From assembly GCA_048268245.1 (NCBI GenBank), contig JBLWVX010000045.1, forward strand, positions 1 through 16,482: a stretch of DNA of 16,482 nucleotides, written 5' to 3'. Below, one piece after another: positions 1 through 10,000 of the stretch (positions are counted from its first letter, which is position 1; the number at the start of each line of letters is the position of its first letter). Both the position numbers and the translations under genes were made by a program. Under the pieces are notes generated by a model. It was not told where the DNA came from, searched no databases, and saw nothing but the letters and a program-made list of their open reading frames with translations. The DNA is from Arcobacteraceae bacterium. GTDB lineage: Bacteria; Campylobacterota; Campylobacteria; Campylobacterales; Arcobacteraceae.

Positions 1-116
1 TGGCTCAAAAAACTATAGATATTGATATGTTTTATTATATTGCAGTAATTTTGGTTATTGCATATTATAAACTATTGCAAATAATAGTAAAAAACAATAA
101 AGTTTATTCAAGTTAA
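1..116 (+). CDS. 3' end of a probable membrane-protein gene (partial, runs off the window start)
   Basis: Frame 3 is open from position 3 to TAA at 114-116 and reads AQKTIDIDMFYYIAVILVIAYYKLLQIIVKNNKVYSS*, a hydrophobic helix followed by a short basic tail. Confidence 0.55.
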   Translation, partial: AQKTIDIDMFYYIAVILVIAYYKLLQIIVKNNKVYSS

Positions 117-158
117 CTATTTGTTAATTTTTTATTATAAATTAGTTAATTTTGAGTA

Positions 159-166
159 GATATAAT
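159..166 (+). promoter_or_regulatory. Sigma70-type -10 box (gn-TATAAT) for the candidate sRNA
   Basis: GATATAAT at 159-166 with T/A-tract-rich upstream DNA; the predicted start near 173 coincides with the base of a hairpin. Confidence 0.65.
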
Positions 167-172
167 TTTCCT

Positions 173-299
173 ATAGATAAGTTGACGCAGCGACTTATTT
201 ATGTAAGTATTTTTAAGATAGAATTTCTTAAATATAAATAATTTTTTTTATGTTTCCTTGTGTTAAAAAGAGGTGTCAGTAATGGCACCTCTTTTTTTT
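173..299 (+). ncRNA. Candidate small regulatory RNA (~127 nt)
   Basis: It has its own -10 box, a 12-bp 5' stem (173-184/191-202, two G-U pairs), a 7-bp stem (212-218/226-232), an unpaired UUUCCUUGUG segment (253-262) and an intrinsic terminator. No credible ORF with an RBS is present. Confidence 0.65.
265..299 (+). terminator. Rho-independent terminator
   Basis: AAAAAGAGGTGTCA-GTAA-TGGCACCTC-T8: GC-rich stem with one G-U pair, a GNRA tetraloop and a T-tract. Confidence 0.9.
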
Positions 300-338
300 G
301 TCTAATTTTCTGTTATTCAATAAGTCTTAATGAATTTA

Positions 339-347
339 TGCTAATAT
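339..347 (+). promoter_or_regulatory. Possible extended -10 promoter (TGnTAATAT) for the helicase gene
   Basis: TGCTAATAT at 339-347 lies downstream of the terminator, so the helicase probably needs its own promoter here. Confidence 0.45.
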
Positions 348-387
348 TCCCAAATGACAAATCCTACTGAAAAAAATATATAAACTT

Positions 388-2457
388 ATGCCATTATCAA
401 ATTTAAATGAAGAACAACTAGAAGCGGCTACCTGTGATAGGGGATTTAACCTTATTATTGCTAGTGCAGGAACTGGAAAAACATCTACTATTGTTGGAAG
501 AATTGCAAACCTTATAAATAATGGTGTACAACCTAAAGAGATACTTTTATTAACTTTTACAAATAAAGCAGCAGCTGAAATGGTACAGCGTGTGGGTAAA
601 TTTTTTGGAAAAGATGTAGCCAAGCAAATTATGGCTGGAACCTTTCATTCCGTTTCCTATAAACTATTAAAAGAATTAGAAAAAAACATAACTTTAAAGC
701 AACCAAATGAATTAAAAACACTGTTTAAATCTCTTTATGAAAAAAGAGTTTTTTATGAAAGAGAAGAGGGTGTAAATCCATATGATGGTGGCTATCTTTA
801 TGATATGTATTCTTTATATCTCAATTCAAATGAGGGTGAGGACTTTGGTGAATGGGTAAAAAATAAAAACCCAGACCATGAACTTTATGTGATGATTTAT
901 GAAGATGTAGTCTTAGAGTTTAATGAGCTTAAGAAGAAATATGGTTATGCAAACTTTGATGATTTACTTACAATTATGTTAGAAACTTTAGAAGAAGAAG
1001 AGTTTGATTTTAAAGAGATTCTAGTAGATGAATATCAAGATACTAACCCTTTACAAGGTAGGCTTCTGGATGGTTTTAAACCTAAGTCACTTTTTTGTGT
1101 AGGAGATTATGATCAAAGTATTTATGCTTTTAATGGTTCTGATATTGGTATTATCTCAACTTTTTCAACTAGATATAAAGATGCAAAAGTTTATACGCTT
1201 AGGAAAAACTATAGGTCTTCAAAACCAATACTTGACTTAGCTACAAAAGTTATTGAGCATAATGAAAGGATTTATGAAAAAAATCTTGAGGTTATGAGAA
1301 CACAATCAAATCATAAGCCAAGACTTTTAGCTTTTAATGAACTATTTTCTCAATATCATTATATTTCAGAGTTGATTTCACAAAGTGAAACTCCACATAA
1401 TGAGATAGCTATAATCTTTAGAAATAACTCAAGTGCAGATGGTATTGAAGCTAATTTAAGAGAGTTTTCTATTCCTGCAAAAAGAAAAGGTGGAATGTCT
1501 TTTTTTGATTCTGTTGAGATAAAATTTATTCTTGATATGCTTGTAATGCAACTTTCACACAATGATATGATGGCATTTATTCATGTACTTGAACATGGAA
1601 AAGGAATAGGAAAAGCAATTGCAAAAGATATTTTTGATGCATTAATTAAACTTGGTAATGGGGATATGTTCAAAGGTTTATTTTCACCAGACCAAGATAT
1701 AAGAAATCCATATGAATCAAATAAAGTAAAAAATATTCAGTTAGGTTTATTTGATGATTTTATCGAGTTAGGTTCTGTTTCAAAGTTTAAAGATTGTGGT
1801 TTTGAAGAAGCATTTTTAGGAAATCCAATACTAAAACATCCAAAACTTTCAGTTGATGGGGCAAAATATATTTATGACTTCTATCTTTTATTAAAACATT
1901 TAAGAAGAAGTAGAAACCCTGAAACTTTAGTAACAAACATATCTTCGTCTATGATGTACTCAAAAATCAAAGAGTTATTAGCAACCAAAAGAGCAACTCA
2001 AAAAGATGGAACTATAAACATAATGCAAAAGACAAAAGGTCTAGCAAAAATAAACAGAAAAATCATGCTTCTAAAAAATCTATCTAGAAACTTCAATGAT
2101 TTATCTAAGTTTGTAAATTCTATGATTTTAGGTGGAAGTGAAATGAGTGAGGGAGATGGAGTAAATCTTTTATCTGTTCATGCATCAAAAGGCTTAGAGT
2201 TCAAAGAAGTTTATGTAATTGACCTTATGGATGGGAGATTCCCAAATAGGAAGCTTATGAGTAAGGGGGGAAGTATAGAAGAAGAGCGAAGACTTTTCTA
2301 TGTTGCTGTTACTAGAGCAAAAGACATACTTTATTTATCATTTGCAAAATATGACAAAATAAAAAAACTAACTTTTGTAGCTAGTTTATTTTTAAAAGAA
2401 GCAGGCTTAGTAAAAGGTGATGAGGATGAAAAAATAGCAGGAGATCCTCAAATATAA
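388..2457 (+). CDS. ATP-dependent DNA helicase, superfamily 1A (UvrD/Rep/PcrA family)
   Basis: Motifs: Walker A ASAGTGKT, Ia LTFTNKAAAEM, Ib GTFHS, Walker B VDEYQD, III GDYDQSIYAF, IV NYRS, V SVHASKGLEF, VI EERRLFYVAVTRAK. Confidence 0.96.
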   Translation: MPLSNLNEEQLEAATCDRGFNLIIASAGTGKTSTIVGRIANLINNGVQPKEILLLTFTNKAAAEMVQRVGKFFGKDVAKQIMAGTFHSVSYKLLKELEKNITLKQPNELKTLFKSLYEKRVFYEREEGVNPYDGGYLYDMYSLYLNSNEGEDFGEWVKNKNPDHELYVMIYEDVVLEFNELKKKYGYANFDDLLTIMLETLEEEEFDFKEILVDEYQDTNPLQGRLLDGFKPKSLFCVGDYDQSIYAFNGSDIGIISTFSTRYKDAKVYTLRKNYRSSKPILDLATKVIEHNERIYEKNLEVMRTQSNHKPRLLAFNELFSQYHYISELISQSETPHNEIAIIFRNNSSADGIEANLREFSIPAKRKGGMSFFDSVEIKFILDMLVMQLSHNDMMAFIHVLEHGKGIGKAIAKDIFDALIKLGNGDMFKGLFSPDQDIRNPYESNKVKNIQLGLFDDFIELGSVSKFKDCGFEEAFLGNPILKHPKLSVDGAKYIYDFYLLLKHLRRSRNPETLVTNISSSMMYSKIKELLATKRATQKDGTINIMQKTKGLAKINRKIMLLKNLSRNFNDLSKFVNSMILGGSEMSEGDGVNLLSVHASKGLEFKEVYVIDLMDGRFPNRKLMSKGGSIEEERRLFYVAVTRAKDILYLSFAKYDKIKKLTFVASLFLKEAGLVKGDEDEKIAGDPQI

Positions 2458-2472
2458 TATAAGGATTATTTA

Positions 2473-2520
2473 GCTATAATCGCGTATATTTTAAAGAAAA
2501 CATAACATTATAAATAGGAA
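2473..2520 (+). promoter_or_regulatory. valS promoter -10 box and RBS
   Basis: GC-TATAAT at 2473-2480 and AGGAA at 2516-2520 ahead of the ATG at 2526. Confidence 0.65.
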
Positions 2521-2525
2521 GTTTT

Positions 2526-5159
2526 ATGAGTAACAAATACGAACCATCAAAAGTTGAAGATAGCTATTATAAGATTTGTGAAGATAGAGGTTACTTCGAA
2601 ATCGATGGAAATAAAAATATACAAGAACTAGATGAAAATGGGAAACAAAAAACTTTCTCAATTATGATGCCACCACCAAATGTAACAGGTTCACTACATA
2701 TTGGTCATGCCCTTACATTTACACTACAAGATATTATTACTAGATATAAAAGAATGGATGGTTTCAAAACTTTATGGCAACCAGGAACAGACCATGCTGG
2801 TATTGCTACTCAAAATGTTGTTGAAAAACAACTTTTAGCAGAAGGAACTACAAAAGAAGAAATTGGTAGAGAGAAGTTCTTAGAGAGAGCTTGGCTTCAA
2901 AAAGAGACTTCAGGTGGAAATATAGTTCACCAAATGAGAAAACTAGGTGTTACTCCTGCTTGGAAAAGAGAAAGATTTACAATGGATGAAGGTCTTAAAG
3001 AGGCTGTTAAAGAAGCATTTGTATCTCTTTATAATGATGGACACATAACTCAAAATAACTACATGGTAAACTGGTGTACTCATGATGGAGCACTTTCAGA
3101 TATCGAAGTTGAACACGAAGAAGTAAATGGTAAATTTTACCATATGATTTATAAGTTTGCTGATGGAAGTGGAGAACTTCAAGTAGCAACAACTAGACCT
3201 GAAACATACTTTGGGGATACTGCTATCATGGTTCACCCTGATGATGAAAGATACACAGACATCGTTGGAAAAGAAGTACTTTTACCTTTAACTGATAGAA
3301 AAATCAAAGTTATTACAGATTCTCATGTTGATATGGAGTTTGGAACAGGTGTTGTAAAAGTAACTCCTGCCCATGATCAAAATGACTACGAAGTTGGGAA
3401 AAGACATGATTTAGAGTTTATCAAAGTATTTGATGAAGCAGGTATTTTAAATGAATACTGTGGAGAGTTTGCAGGACTTGAAAGACTTGAAGCAAGAGAA
3501 CCTATTGTTAAAAAACTTCAAGAAGAAGGTTATATCGTAAAAATTGATGAGCATAAACATCAAGTTGGTCACTGTTATAGATGTAAAAATATTGTTGAAC
3601 CATTTATCTCTCAACAATGGTTCTTAAGTGAAGAAGTTGCAAAATCTTCAATTGAGAAAACAAAAGCACACAATAACTTCCACCCACAACACTGGATTAA
3701 CTCTTATACAGCATGGATGGATGAGTTAAGACCATGGTGTATCTCAAGACAGTTATGGTGGGGACATAGAATTCCTGTATTTACTTGTAATTCGTGTAAT
3801 CACCAATGGGCTGATAAAGCAGATGAACCAGAAGCTTGTCCTAAATGTGGTGAAAAACACTATACTCAAGACCCAGATGTACTAGATACTTGGTTCTCTT
3901 CTGCACTTTGGGCTATGTCACCTCTTGGTTGGGGGAATAATGGTAAATTACCAGAGTTATATGATTTAAAGCAAGATATGAAAGACTTCTATCCAAACTC
4001 TTTATTAATTACTGGTTTCGATATTATGTTCTTCTGGGTTGCTAGAATGATGATGATGGGTGATCATTTCCAAGGTGAGTTACCATTTAAAGATATTTAT
4101 ATGCATGCTCTTGTAAGAGATGAACATGGTGCTAAAATGTCTAAATCAAAAGGAAACGTAATTGATCCACTTGATATGGTTGAAGAGCATTCTGCTGATA
4201 TTATTAGATTTACACTTGCATATTTAGCAGTTCAAGGTAGAGATATCAAACTTGGAGCTAAAAATTTAGAGCAATTTAGAAACTTTACGAATAAGCTTTA
4301 TAATGCATCAAACTTCTTAACTTTAAATGTTGACACATTTGAAGATTTAAAAGATATTGAGATTAAAACTGCACTTGGTAAGTATATGCAATCAAGACTT
4401 TCTCATGCCGTAGAAGATGTAAGAGCAGCATTAGAAGCATTTAAATTTAACGAAGCAGCTTCAATTTTATATAAATTTGTATGGACTGAGTTCTGTGATT
4501 GGGGTATTGAATATTCAAAAGCTTCAAAAGAATCGATTTCTGAATTAGGTGCTATTTTCAAAGAGACTTTAAAATTAGTTTCTCCATTTATGCCATTTAT
4601 TGCAGATTATTTATACCACAAATTATCAGGAAGCTCATTAGAAGAGGGTGCTGAGTCTTTAATGGTTACTAACTATCCAAAAGATATAGCAAAAGATGAA
4701 CAAACAGAAGCTATGTTTGAAATCATTGAAGAAGCCATCACAGCTTTAAGAAGAGCAAAAGTAGTTATTGATATGGGTAACTCAAAAATTGCAAAAGCAT
4801 ATATTAAATTAGATAAACAAATTGATTGTGAGCTTGCTAAACCATTTATTGAAAAACTTGCAAAAGTTGAAGATATTGAGTTTGTTGATGCAAAAGTTGA
4901 AAATTCAATTACAGATGTATCTCAAACTCTAGAGGTTTACCTTCCAACTTCTGAGATTGATATGTCACCAATTATTGACAAATTAACTAAGCAAAAAGAG
5001 AAAACTCAAAAAGAATTTGATAAACTAAACGGAATGTTATCAAATGAAAGATTTGTAGCAAACGCTCCTGAAGCAGTTGTTGCAGAAAATAAAAAAGCAT
5101 TAGAAGATGCAAAAGCAAAACTAGAAAAAATTGAAAATGAATTAAAAGCTATTTCTTAA
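2526..5159 (+). CDS. valS: Valine--tRNA ligase
   Basis: PPPNVTGSLHIGH (HIGH motif), GTDHAGIATQ, ATTRPET, GTGVVKVTPAHD editing motif, WCISRQLWWGH, DVLDTWFSS, KMSKS, and a C-terminal coiled coil ending FVANAPEAVV. Confidence 0.99.
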   Translation: MSNKYEPSKVEDSYYKICEDRGYFEIDGNKNIQELDENGKQKTFSIMMPPPNVTGSLHIGHALTFTLQDIITRYKRMDGFKTLWQPGTDHAGIATQNVVEKQLLAEGTTKEEIGREKFLERAWLQKETSGGNIVHQMRKLGVTPAWKRERFTMDEGLKEAVKEAFVSLYNDGHITQNNYMVNWCTHDGALSDIEVEHEEVNGKFYHMIYKFADGSGELQVATTRPETYFGDTAIMVHPDDERYTDIVGKEVLLPLTDRKIKVITDSHVDMEFGTGVVKVTPAHDQNDYEVGKRHDLEFIKVFDEAGILNEYCGEFAGLERLEAREPIVKKLQEEGYIVKIDEHKHQVGHCYRCKNIVEPFISQQWFLSEEVAKSSIEKTKAHNNFHPQHWINSYTAWMDELRPWCISRQLWWGHRIPVFTCNSCNHQWADKADEPEACPKCGEKHYTQDPDVLDTWFSSALWAMSPLGWGNNGKLPELYDLKQDMKDFYPNSLLITGFDIMFFWVARMMMMGDHFQGELPFKDIYMHALVRDEHGAKMSKSKGNVIDPLDMVEEHSADIIRFTLAYLAVQGRDIKLGAKNLEQFRNFTNKLYNASNFLTLNVDTFEDLKDIEIKTALGKYMQSRLSHAVEDVRAALEAFKFNEAASILYKFVWTEFCDWGIEYSKASKESISELGAIFKETLKLVSPFMPFIADYLYHKLSGSSLEEGAESLMVTNYPKDIAKDEQTEAMFEIIEEAITALRRAKVVIDMGNSKIAKAYIKLDKQIDCELAKPFIEKLAKVEDIEFVDAKVENSITDVSQTLEVYLPTSEIDMSPIIDKLTKQKEKTQKEFDKLNGMLSNERFVANAPEAVVAENKKALEDAKAKLEKIENELKAIS

Positions 5160-5170
5160 TAGCTTTTAAT
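5141..5170 (+). terminator. Perfect 13-bp hairpin overlapping the valS stop codon (weak terminator or processing stem)
   Basis: ATTAAAAGCTATT (5141-5153), loop TCTT, AATAGCTTTTAAT (5158-5170). Confidence 0.55.
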
Positions 5171-5185
5171 AAAAAAGGCTTGAAA

Positions 5186-5950
5186 ATGAGATTTAAAACA
5201 GGTATAAAAGTTTGTCTATTAACACTATTTATTTTTCTTTTTCAAGGCTGTACTATAAATCAATCTACATTATCAAGTGCTGTTCAAACTAACTCAGCTT
5301 CTTTAGTTGCAAGTTATAGAAATGAAATTCTAAAAGATTTAAAAGAGTATAAAAAGAAGCTTGACCTACGAAACCCTTATGCCTATAATCAAAAGCTTTC
5401 AAAGAGTATTTACTCTCAAATAGAATCAAGACAAGACTATATAAATATTATTCAAGACGGTTATAAATTAGAAACAGCAAACGAATATTTATATTATGCT
5501 TTTACTCAAAATGATATAGAAAATAGAAATGATTTTCTAATTATTGGTATGTATAAACTAATCTATAAAGCTTTTGGATTAGAGAATAAACATCAATTTA
5601 TAGCAAGTCAATATAATAAAAAGTATATGCAAGAACTTTATACTTATCTACAAGTTATAAGATGGAAAATAAGAGAGAATAAAGACTTTAATGGTCAATA
5701 TCTTTTCAAAACATGGCAAAACAACTGGCAATTAGAACTTATGAAAAAAAATCATAACGACTTAAATATTATTAAAAATCTTGATTATATAAAGAACAAA
5801 AAAGAATCAATTTATAGTCATTCAAATTTTTCTTTTGAGATTTTAATGGAAAGAATACTTTTAAATGTAAAATATTCATTAAGACAAGTTGATGTTGAAC
5901 CATATGAATTAAGTATTTCAGCTATAAGAAGTTTTGCATTTATAATATAA
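5186..5950 (+). CDS. Uncharacterised lipoprotein
   Basis: Basic N-terminus, hydrophobic core and lipobox FQG-C. AAGG at 5175-5178 favours the ATG at 5186 over the TTG at 5180. Confidence 0.75.
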   Translation: MRFKTGIKVCLLTLFIFLFQGCTINQSTLSSAVQTNSASLVASYRNEILKDLKEYKKKLDLRNPYAYNQKLSKSIYSQIESRQDYINIIQDGYKLETANEYLYYAFTQNDIENRNDFLIIGMYKLIYKAFGLENKHQFIASQYNKKYMQELYTYLQVIRWKIRENKDFNGQYLFKTWQNNWQLELMKKNHNDLNIIKNLDYIKNKKESIYSHSNFSFEILMERILLNVKYSLRQVDVEPYELSISAIRSFAFII

Positions 5951-6014
5951 AATTATAAAACTAGAAGTTCATTTATTATAAAATATAATAATGCAATATT
6001 GTAGAAGTAATAAC

Positions 6015-7092
6015 ATGAACTATAAAAAAGACACTTACAGATTTATATCCATTTTTTTACTAGCTTTTTAGTTATTACTGTATTTCTAGCAAGTTTATAT
6101 ATAGTAAAAAAAGAAAAAACTTTAACAAATGAAATTTATGATTCCCTTTGAACATAATGAATCATATATTTTAGAAAAAGATTATGATGGCTTAAATTAG
6201 GTAGAGTATGTACTAGCAAATCCAAAGAGGTCTTTTAAAGTAACTATGTATAATAGTAAAGATGAGTTAAGGCATTTTAAATTGAATGTTTCTCAAAAGA
6301 ATCTGGATAGTTTTATAACTTTAACTGATATTACATATGAGATAAAATTAAAAGAAGAATCTAAATAAAAAGATAAGCTTATTTTCCAACAAAGTAAAAT
6401 GGCTTCAATTGCACAAATACTTTATAATATTACACATGAATGCAGACAGCCATTAAATGTTATAACAACAGCAGTAAGTTCTATTCAAATATATAGCAAA
6501 TGGAAAAATTAGAGGATAAAGAGCTTGATAATTCATGTAATATTATTGTAGATAAAGCAAAGTTTTTTTCAAATACAATTGAAAACTTTAGAAACTTTTT
6601 TGAGATTGATGAGTCTTTACAAAGAAAAAGTATAAGTGAAATAGGATCTCAAACTTTTGCTTTTAATTATATTGATAGTATTTTAAATGATAATAAAATT
6701 AAGTTAGAGTTTGAAATAAAAAATGACTTATATATAGAAATTTATGAAAGTGAATTTAAACAAGCTTTATTAAAAGTTTTAGAAAATAGTATAGACTCTT
6801 TAAAGAAAATCCAATAGAGAATAGAGTTATTTATATTTCAATAAGAGATACAACTTTATCTATAAAAGATTCTAGAAATAGTGTAGATGAAGAGATTTTA
6901 GATAAATTATTTGAACCATATTTTGCAACTAAACATAAAGTACTAGGTGTTGGACTTGGCTTATATATGGTTCAAGAAATACTTACAAAACAAATGAACT
7001 TTAAAATAAGCGTTAAAAATAGCGAATTTAATTATAATAAAGAAACTCTAAAAGGTCTAGAGTTTTCAATAGATTTAAAGCAAGAGAATTAA
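6015..7092 (+). pseudogene. Degraded membrane sensor histidine kinase (TM, PAS-like remnant, HisKA, HATPase)
   Basis: Fragments across frames: N-terminal TM helix, H-box QQSKMASIAQILYNITHECRQPLNVI (His codon 6435), N-box LLKVLENSIDSL, F/G2 boxes LFEPYFATK..GVGLGLY. In-frame stops at 6198 (TAG) and 6366 (TAA); frameshifts near 6065, 6497 and 6812; G1 box decayed to KDSRNS. Confidence 0.9.
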
Positions 7093-10000
7093 CTCTTGCT
7101 TTTTCTTACTTTATGAGTGATAGTATATAAAACTGGTAGATATATAAGATTTAAAATTGTTCCCCATAAAAGACCAAAACCTAGTGAAATAGCAGTAGGT
7201 TGGAATATAACTGCTTGACCTGTTGGGAAGAATATTAGTGAACTCATACCAATTAGTGTCGTAACAGTAGTAATAATAATTGGTCTAAATCTTTTTGTAG
7301 CTCTTTGGAATATTTCATTTAAAGTTTTTGCTTTTTTAAGATATGTCATCATAATAATACCATCATTAATTACAACTCCAGCAAGTCCTAAAGCTCCAAT
7401 CATAGATGGCATTGATAGATTTAGTCCCATTATCTTATGTCCTATTAAAACTCCTAAAATTGAGAAAGGAATAATACTCATTACGATAAATGTTTCTCTA
7501 AACGAGTTAAATAAGTAAAGCATTGAAAGCATAATTAAAACAAGTGCAAGTGCAGTTGCTAAAAGCATATCGTTTTTAAGATTCTTTTTCTTTTCTGCTT
7601 CACCTTTTAGAATTATTTTTATTCCATCTTCTTCTATTTTGTCAAGAGTTGGCTGTATCTTTTCAAGTACTTCTGTTGCTGTTACAATATCAGGATCTAC
7701 ATTTGCATAAATATAGAAGTTTTTTTCACCTTGATCTTTAATAAGCTGTTCAAAGGCTCTTAAAGTGTTTATTTCAACAACTTCATGTAAAAGTACATAA
7801 GTTCCATCATTTAAAGGAATTTGTGAGTTTCTAAAGCTTTCAAAGTCATCTTTATTTTGTGATTTAATTTTTATATCAAGCATCTCTTTTTCATCGAAGC
7901 TTACACCTTTTTTCTTAAGTAAATAAAGGTTTGAAAGATATGAACCTATAAAAGACTCATTAAGCCCTAAGGATTCACCATAATTATTAACTTTCAATTT
8001 TATTTCATCAATACCAAATTTTAAAGAGTTAGATACAGATTTTACTCCTTCAAAGCTTTTTATTTTTGTGTGTAAATTTTCAATTGCTTTTATGATTTTT
8101 TGATTGTTATTTGAAACTAAACCTATTTTTATATCTGATTTTACAGGACCTACTTTTTTTTCAAGTACTGAAATTTCTTCTAAGTTGTATTTCTCTTTAA
8201 AGTTTTTCTTTTCAATAAACTTTTTGATTTTAGCAGCTATTTTTTTAGATTTCTCTGTTCTTTCTCTACCTTCTTCATCATAATAAAAACTCAAATTTGG
8301 AGTTACATATTTATCTAAGATATTAGATGGTTTTAATTTTTTTAGTTCAACTGTCATATACATAACATATGGAAAGTTTTCAGTATTACCTCCAACATCT
8401 CTTCTGAATCCTGCAACAGAATCAATACTTTTTATAAAAAAGTCTTGCTCTTTTTTCATAAATTCTCGTTCAATTTCTTGAACAATTCTAAATGACTCTT
8501 CTAATGTAGTATTTGCATTAGCTTTTAGTGTAAGTTTTACATCTGATGCATCAAATTTAGGGAATAACTGAAATTTTGAATTAGTAAATTCATAATATGT
8601 TAATAGTGGAACCATTACTATAAATATAGTTAAAAATGTTTTTTTCCAGTTCATAAAGAAATGTATAATAGAGTTATAAACTTTATTTGCTTTTTCCCAT
8701 GATGCAACTTTTGCTCCATTTTTTAAAGTATGTGCTGCATGAATAGGTAAAAATAAAAATGATTCAATTAGTGATGCTACAACTAAAGCACTTAATGCAA
8801 TAGGAATTAATTTCATCACTTCTCCCATTGTTCCACTAATCATAAGAATCGGTAAAAATGAGAATAATGTAGTAAGTGAAGCAATAGTTACAGGTTTTAC
8901 CATTTCACTTGCACCCATAATTGCAGCTTCTTTAGGAGGGTGACCTTCTTCAATATGTTGTTGAATATTTTCACTTACAACAATAGCATCATCTACAACA
9001 ATACCTATTGCTATTAAAACCCCAACAAGAGAAATCATATTTATTGTATATCCACTAAAATACATGTAAATAGCAGCAATTACAAAAGATGTTGGAATAC
9101 CAATAGCAATAATAAATGACATTCTAAAGTTAATTAATATCATTACTAAAATAGTAATAAGCATAATTCCTAAAAGAATATTTGATACAACAATATTTAA
9201 TCTATCAGCGATTTTTTCACTATTATCATCTGCTATTGTGATATTTATATCTGGGTTTTGTTTCTCTAGATTTGGAAGTAACTTTTTAATTTGAGTTACT
9301 ATTCTTAATGCATCAGCTGTATCCGTTTGCTCAACTGCTAAAGATAGAGCATTTTTACCATTAAAAGAGTAAAGAGTAGAAGAGTCCTGATATTTTTTAG
9401 CAATAGTAGCGATATCTTTTATATATATGTTTTTATTGCTTATTTTAATTAAAGTATTTGCAAAATCTATTGCATTTTTTGCACCATTGTATGTGGAAAT
9501 ATAATAGTGTTTTTTAGGGTCTTCTATTTTTCCTACGGGGAAGATATATGAAATATTTGATATTGCATTAAAAATTTCATTTTTATTTAAACCTAAAGCT
9601 TCAATTTTTTTGTCATTTAATAAAACTTCAAAATATTTATCTGAATCACCATAGATTGTAATATCATTTATCCCTTCTATGTTTAGAATTTTACTTTTTA
9701 GATTATCTGCAAAAGGTTTTAATTCATCAGTATTGTATTTTGTGGAGGTTAAGGATATATCAACAACAGATCTACTTCTTTCAAGTACATTTACTGTTGG
9801 TTCATCCATATCTGATGGTAGATTTGATTTTACTAAAGCAATGGTATCTTTTATTTTATTTGCTTCGTTATATTTATCTTTTCCTTTTTTAAGCTCTAGT
9901 ACTATTGAGAATCGTCCAGGAGATATAACCGTAGTCATATTATCAACACTATCAATATTTTTTAGATTGTCTTCTATCTCAGCAACTGCCATTCTATCTA

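Noticed and set aside
38..79. Three TATTGCA copies (38, 56, 73) resembling an operator array
   Set aside because: They fall inside the open frame of the upstream gene (largely Ile-Ala codons) and the spacing is irregular (18 and 17 nt).
250..282. Mini-ORF MFPCVKKRCQ within the sRNA candidate
   Set aside because: No RBS, preceded by a T-tract, and it runs through the terminator stem.
336..623. 95-aa minus-strand ORF
   Set aside because: Antisense shadow of the conserved helicase N-terminus.
1359..1562. 67-aa minus-strand ORF
   Set aside because: Antisense shadow inside the helicase gene.
2458..2525. T-box riboswitch upstream of valS
   Set aside because: The leader is only ~40 nt after the -10 box, with no T-box consensus or terminator.
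3007..3192. 61-aa minus-strand ORF
   Set aside because: Antisense to valS with no recognisable features.
6500..6817. 105-aa ORF as an independent gene
   Set aside because: It is an internal frameshift fragment of the histidine kinase pseudogene.
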